DNA of 6,129 bases. Origin: Haloquadratum walsbyi C23. GTDB lineage: Archaea > Halobacteriota > Halobacteria > Halobacteriales > Haloferacaceae. The DNA is taken from contig NC_017460.1 of the NCBI RefSeq assembly GCF_000237865.1, positions 1 through 6,129 on the forward strand, given 5' to 3'. The notes beneath the pieces were generated by a model. It was not told the origin of the DNA. It ran no database searches and saw only the letters and a program-made list of their open reading frames with translations. Position numbers and translations under genes: made by a program. Below are positions 4,982 through 6,129 of the stretch, piece by piece (position 1 is the stretch's first letter; every line of letters begins with the position of its first letter).

Positions 4982-5653
4982 TTAGATTAAATCTGAGTAA
5001 TCAAACTCAGCAATCTCGCTGGTATCATCGGAGAGACCGACATCAAGCCCGATTTCTAGGAGCACATCATTTGCGATTTTAAACCCACTATCAAGCACAT
5101 CGACCGGCAGTGCTGAGAGTTCTGTTTCACCCAGTGGGTCGCCAGTGTGAGACGGTCGGTCAAATGGTGAATCCTCCCACTCCATCGCTATGCCGTCTCT
5201 ATTTGTTGGCTTGCGAATGTCGTTGTACTCATGCCACTCGCGAGCGACAACAATATCTTGTTGAATTAACTGGACAAGTCCGGTAATCTCAATTTGTCGT
5301 CGGGGCAATATCTCAGCGGGTTTGCTGAGTGTTGGCTCCTTCTCGATGTGTTCGTCTAGTGTGATGTTATAGACGTGCCTATCGTACCACACATCCTCGT
5401 GTTGAGATTGAAGAATTACGGGGCGAATATCCAGCAAGAATGAATCAAGAACGGCTTTCAGTTGGGTTATTGCTTGCACGTTGCCAACTTCGCCACTTTT
5501 GCGGGCTGATTCAACATCGGCACGAGTTTTGATGTACTGCGACCGATAGTTGAGAATTTCTTTCACCCGCTGGCGTTTCACATCGCCGTCGTCGTCATTG
5601 ATCGAAAGCCGATTATCGTCTATGCCGTCGGTGGTGTCATTCGTGCCCGACAT
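4982..5653 (-). CDS. Acidic hypothetical protein (223 aa), tightly coupled to the downstream ATPase
   Basis: ATG start. It has a disordered acidic N-terminus (DGIDDNRLSINDDDGD), a predicted long helical segment and an acidic/hydrophobic C-terminal tail (EIAEFDYSDLI). The TAA at 4984-4982 is separated by 2 nt from the ATPase ATG (4979). It has its own promoter-like motif 25 nt upstream. Confidence 0.85.
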   Translation of the reverse strand: MSGTNDTTDGIDDNRLSINDDDGDVKRQRVKEILNYRSQYIKTRADVESARKSGEVGNVQAITQLKAVLDSFLLDIRPVILQSQHEDVWYDRHVYNITLDEHIEKEPTLSKPAEILPRRQIEITGLVQLIQQDIVVAREWHEYNDIRKPTNRDGIAMEWEDSPFDRPSHTGDPLGETELSALPVDVLDSGFKIANDVLLEIGLDVGLSDDTSEIAEFDYSDLI

Positions 5654-5668
5654 ATCTATCAGATAATT

Positions 5669-5691
5669 GCGTATGCGTATGTATCCACCGA
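5669..5691 (-). promoter_or_regulatory. Second copy of the promoter-like 14-mer, in front of the 223-aa gene and lacking the palindrome
   Basis: TATGTATCCACCGA (5678-5691) matches TATGTATGCACCGA (6067-6080) at 13 of 14 positions. Both begin exactly 25 nt from their ATG (5653 and 6042). It is preceded by tandem GCGTAT GCGTAT (5669-5680). Confidence 0.55.
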
Positions 5692-6042
5692 TTAAATGAA
5701 CATGATTAGTTCATTGATGAAGATAATCAAAAGTGAAATCGTAATCACTACACCACCGACAAGACGGATATTGCGGTTTATGCTGTTTACATCCTCAAAT
5801 TGCTCACGGAATGGTTTGTTTGGATCAATGCTTGATTCTTGAATTTCATTGAGTTGTGTGAGTATCTGTTCGTGATCGGACTCTATCTTGTCGGTAACAT
5901 CGTCACCGTTCACGGACTCAAGCCCTTCGCGGACAAGTCGCCTCATACCTTCAGATTGTGAGATGTCATTACGGGCAACGTATGCATCAACATCGCGGGC
6001 AATATCTTCATCAAGTCGTGTTTGATACCGTTCGCGTGGCAT
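5692..6042 (-). CDS. Ribbon-helix-helix (CopG/Arc/MetJ-type) DNA-binding protein with a C-terminal transmembrane anchor (116 aa)
   Basis: The N-terminus ERYQTRLDEDIARDVDAYVARNDISQSEGMRRLVREGLE fits the strand, helix, loop, helix RHH pattern (nt about 5908-6042). An acidic linker follows. The C-terminus LVGGVVITISLLIIFINELIMFI is a hydrophobic helix (nt about 5695-5763) running to the last residue. Confidence 0.85.
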   Translation of the reverse strand: MPRERYQTRLDEDIARDVDAYVARNDISQSEGMRRLVREGLESVNGDDVTDKIESDHEQILTQLNEIQESSIDPNKPFREQFEDVNSINRNIRLVGGVVITISLLIIFINELIMFI

Positions 6043-6058
6043 ATCCGGATTATCTCAC

Positions 6059-6080
6059 TGCATACATATGTATGCACCGA
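6059..6080 (-). promoter_or_regulatory. Promoter-like element (BRE/TATA-like TCGGTGCATACATA on the minus strand) embedded in a perfect 18-bp palindrome. It is a candidate operator of the RHH gene.
   Basis: TGCATACATATGTATGCA (6059-6076) is its own reverse complement. The AT-rich heptamer ATACATA is centred 28 nt upstream of the ATG at 6042. That is the spacing expected for a leaderless haloarchaeal mRNA. Confidence 0.6.
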
Positions 6081-6129
6081 ATCGACAGATGACGTAAATA
6101 CTGACTGATCAATTCGATACCTGTCGAAA

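Larger units (their letters stand above)
1..6129. mobile_element. Probable complete or near-complete small (about 6.1 kb) haloarchaeal plasmid or virus-related replicon with two convergent gene modules
   Basis: No long ORF is truncated by either window end. Genes on + (370-2963) and on - (6042-3645) converge on a 680-bp non-coding zone. The two window ends are non-coding and would form one divergent control region if joined. All proteins are acidic. There is no integrase, tRNA or structural gene. The resemblance to PL6-type Haloquadratum plasmids is recollection only. Confidence 0.5.

Noticed and set aside
1-6111. Apparent enrichment of TGATCA (at least 8 copies: 3, 1194, 1300, 2036, 2405, 2597, 2746, 6106), all outside 2752-6105. 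The window begins with CCTGATCAG, which recurs at 1192.
   Set aside because: Four of the six coding copies are GAT-CAG/CAT (Asp-Gln/His) codon pairs and two come from ATC (Ile) codons. Asp-rich coding explains part of the excess. I cannot do the statistics by hand. A window starting on this BclI-type site may only reflect arbitrary numbering of a circular record.
1-6129. CRISPR array, rRNA, transposase or IS ends, integrase or att sites, toxin-antitoxin pair
   Set aside because: There are no regularly spaced repeats of 24-40 nt and no rRNA-like or tRNA-like structure. There are no terminal inverted repeats at the window ends and no recombinase-like ORF. The RHH protein is membrane-anchored and is followed by a 223-aa acidic protein, not a small toxin.

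Overview
The window reads as a self-contained small haloarchaeal extrachromosomal element, either a plasmid or a virus-related replicon, not a slice of chromosome. No convincing ORF runs off either end. The six solid genes all encode strongly acidic, halophile-type proteins and form two convergent blocks. The forward block (370-2963) has an HTH plus Cys4 zinc-ribbon-like protein whose stop overlaps (ATGA) the start of a 567-aa protein carrying an internal winged-helix domain. The reverse block (6042-3645) encodes a ribbon-helix-helix protein with a C-terminal membrane anchor, a 223-aa orphan, a 281-aa P-loop ATPase with a C-terminal HTH, and a 108-aa acidic orphan. A hidden 49-codon ORF may lie between the last two. 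I see no rRNA, tRNA, CRISPR array, integrase, transposase or obvious capsid or spike gene.

The non-coding DNA is the most structured part:
- A roughly 10-bp-phased TTGCRC/GTGCAA hexamer array flips orientation about a dyad centre just upstream of the HTH gene (273-380).
- Six consecutive 10-11-bp-phased repeats (3x ACGTT, then 3x TACACGGT) sit in a 680-bp gene-free zone between the convergent gene ends, making a candidate replication origin.
- A promoter-like 14-mer is placed identically, 25 nt from the ATG, in front of two reverse genes. One copy is embedded in a perfect 18-bp palindrome.

Base composition is split. Hand counts of sampled 60-nt lines average about 58% GC in the forward block and about 45% in the reverse block.

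From memory only, and unverifiable here, the size, forward/reverse gene layout, low-GC half and ATPase resemble the roughly 6-kb PL6-family plasmids of Haloquadratum walsbyi. Those are described as virus-related: one forward protein is shared with betapleolipoviruses and one reverse protein resembles a His1 halovirus AAA-ATPase. All functional calls below rest on motifs read by eye. No homology search was possible.
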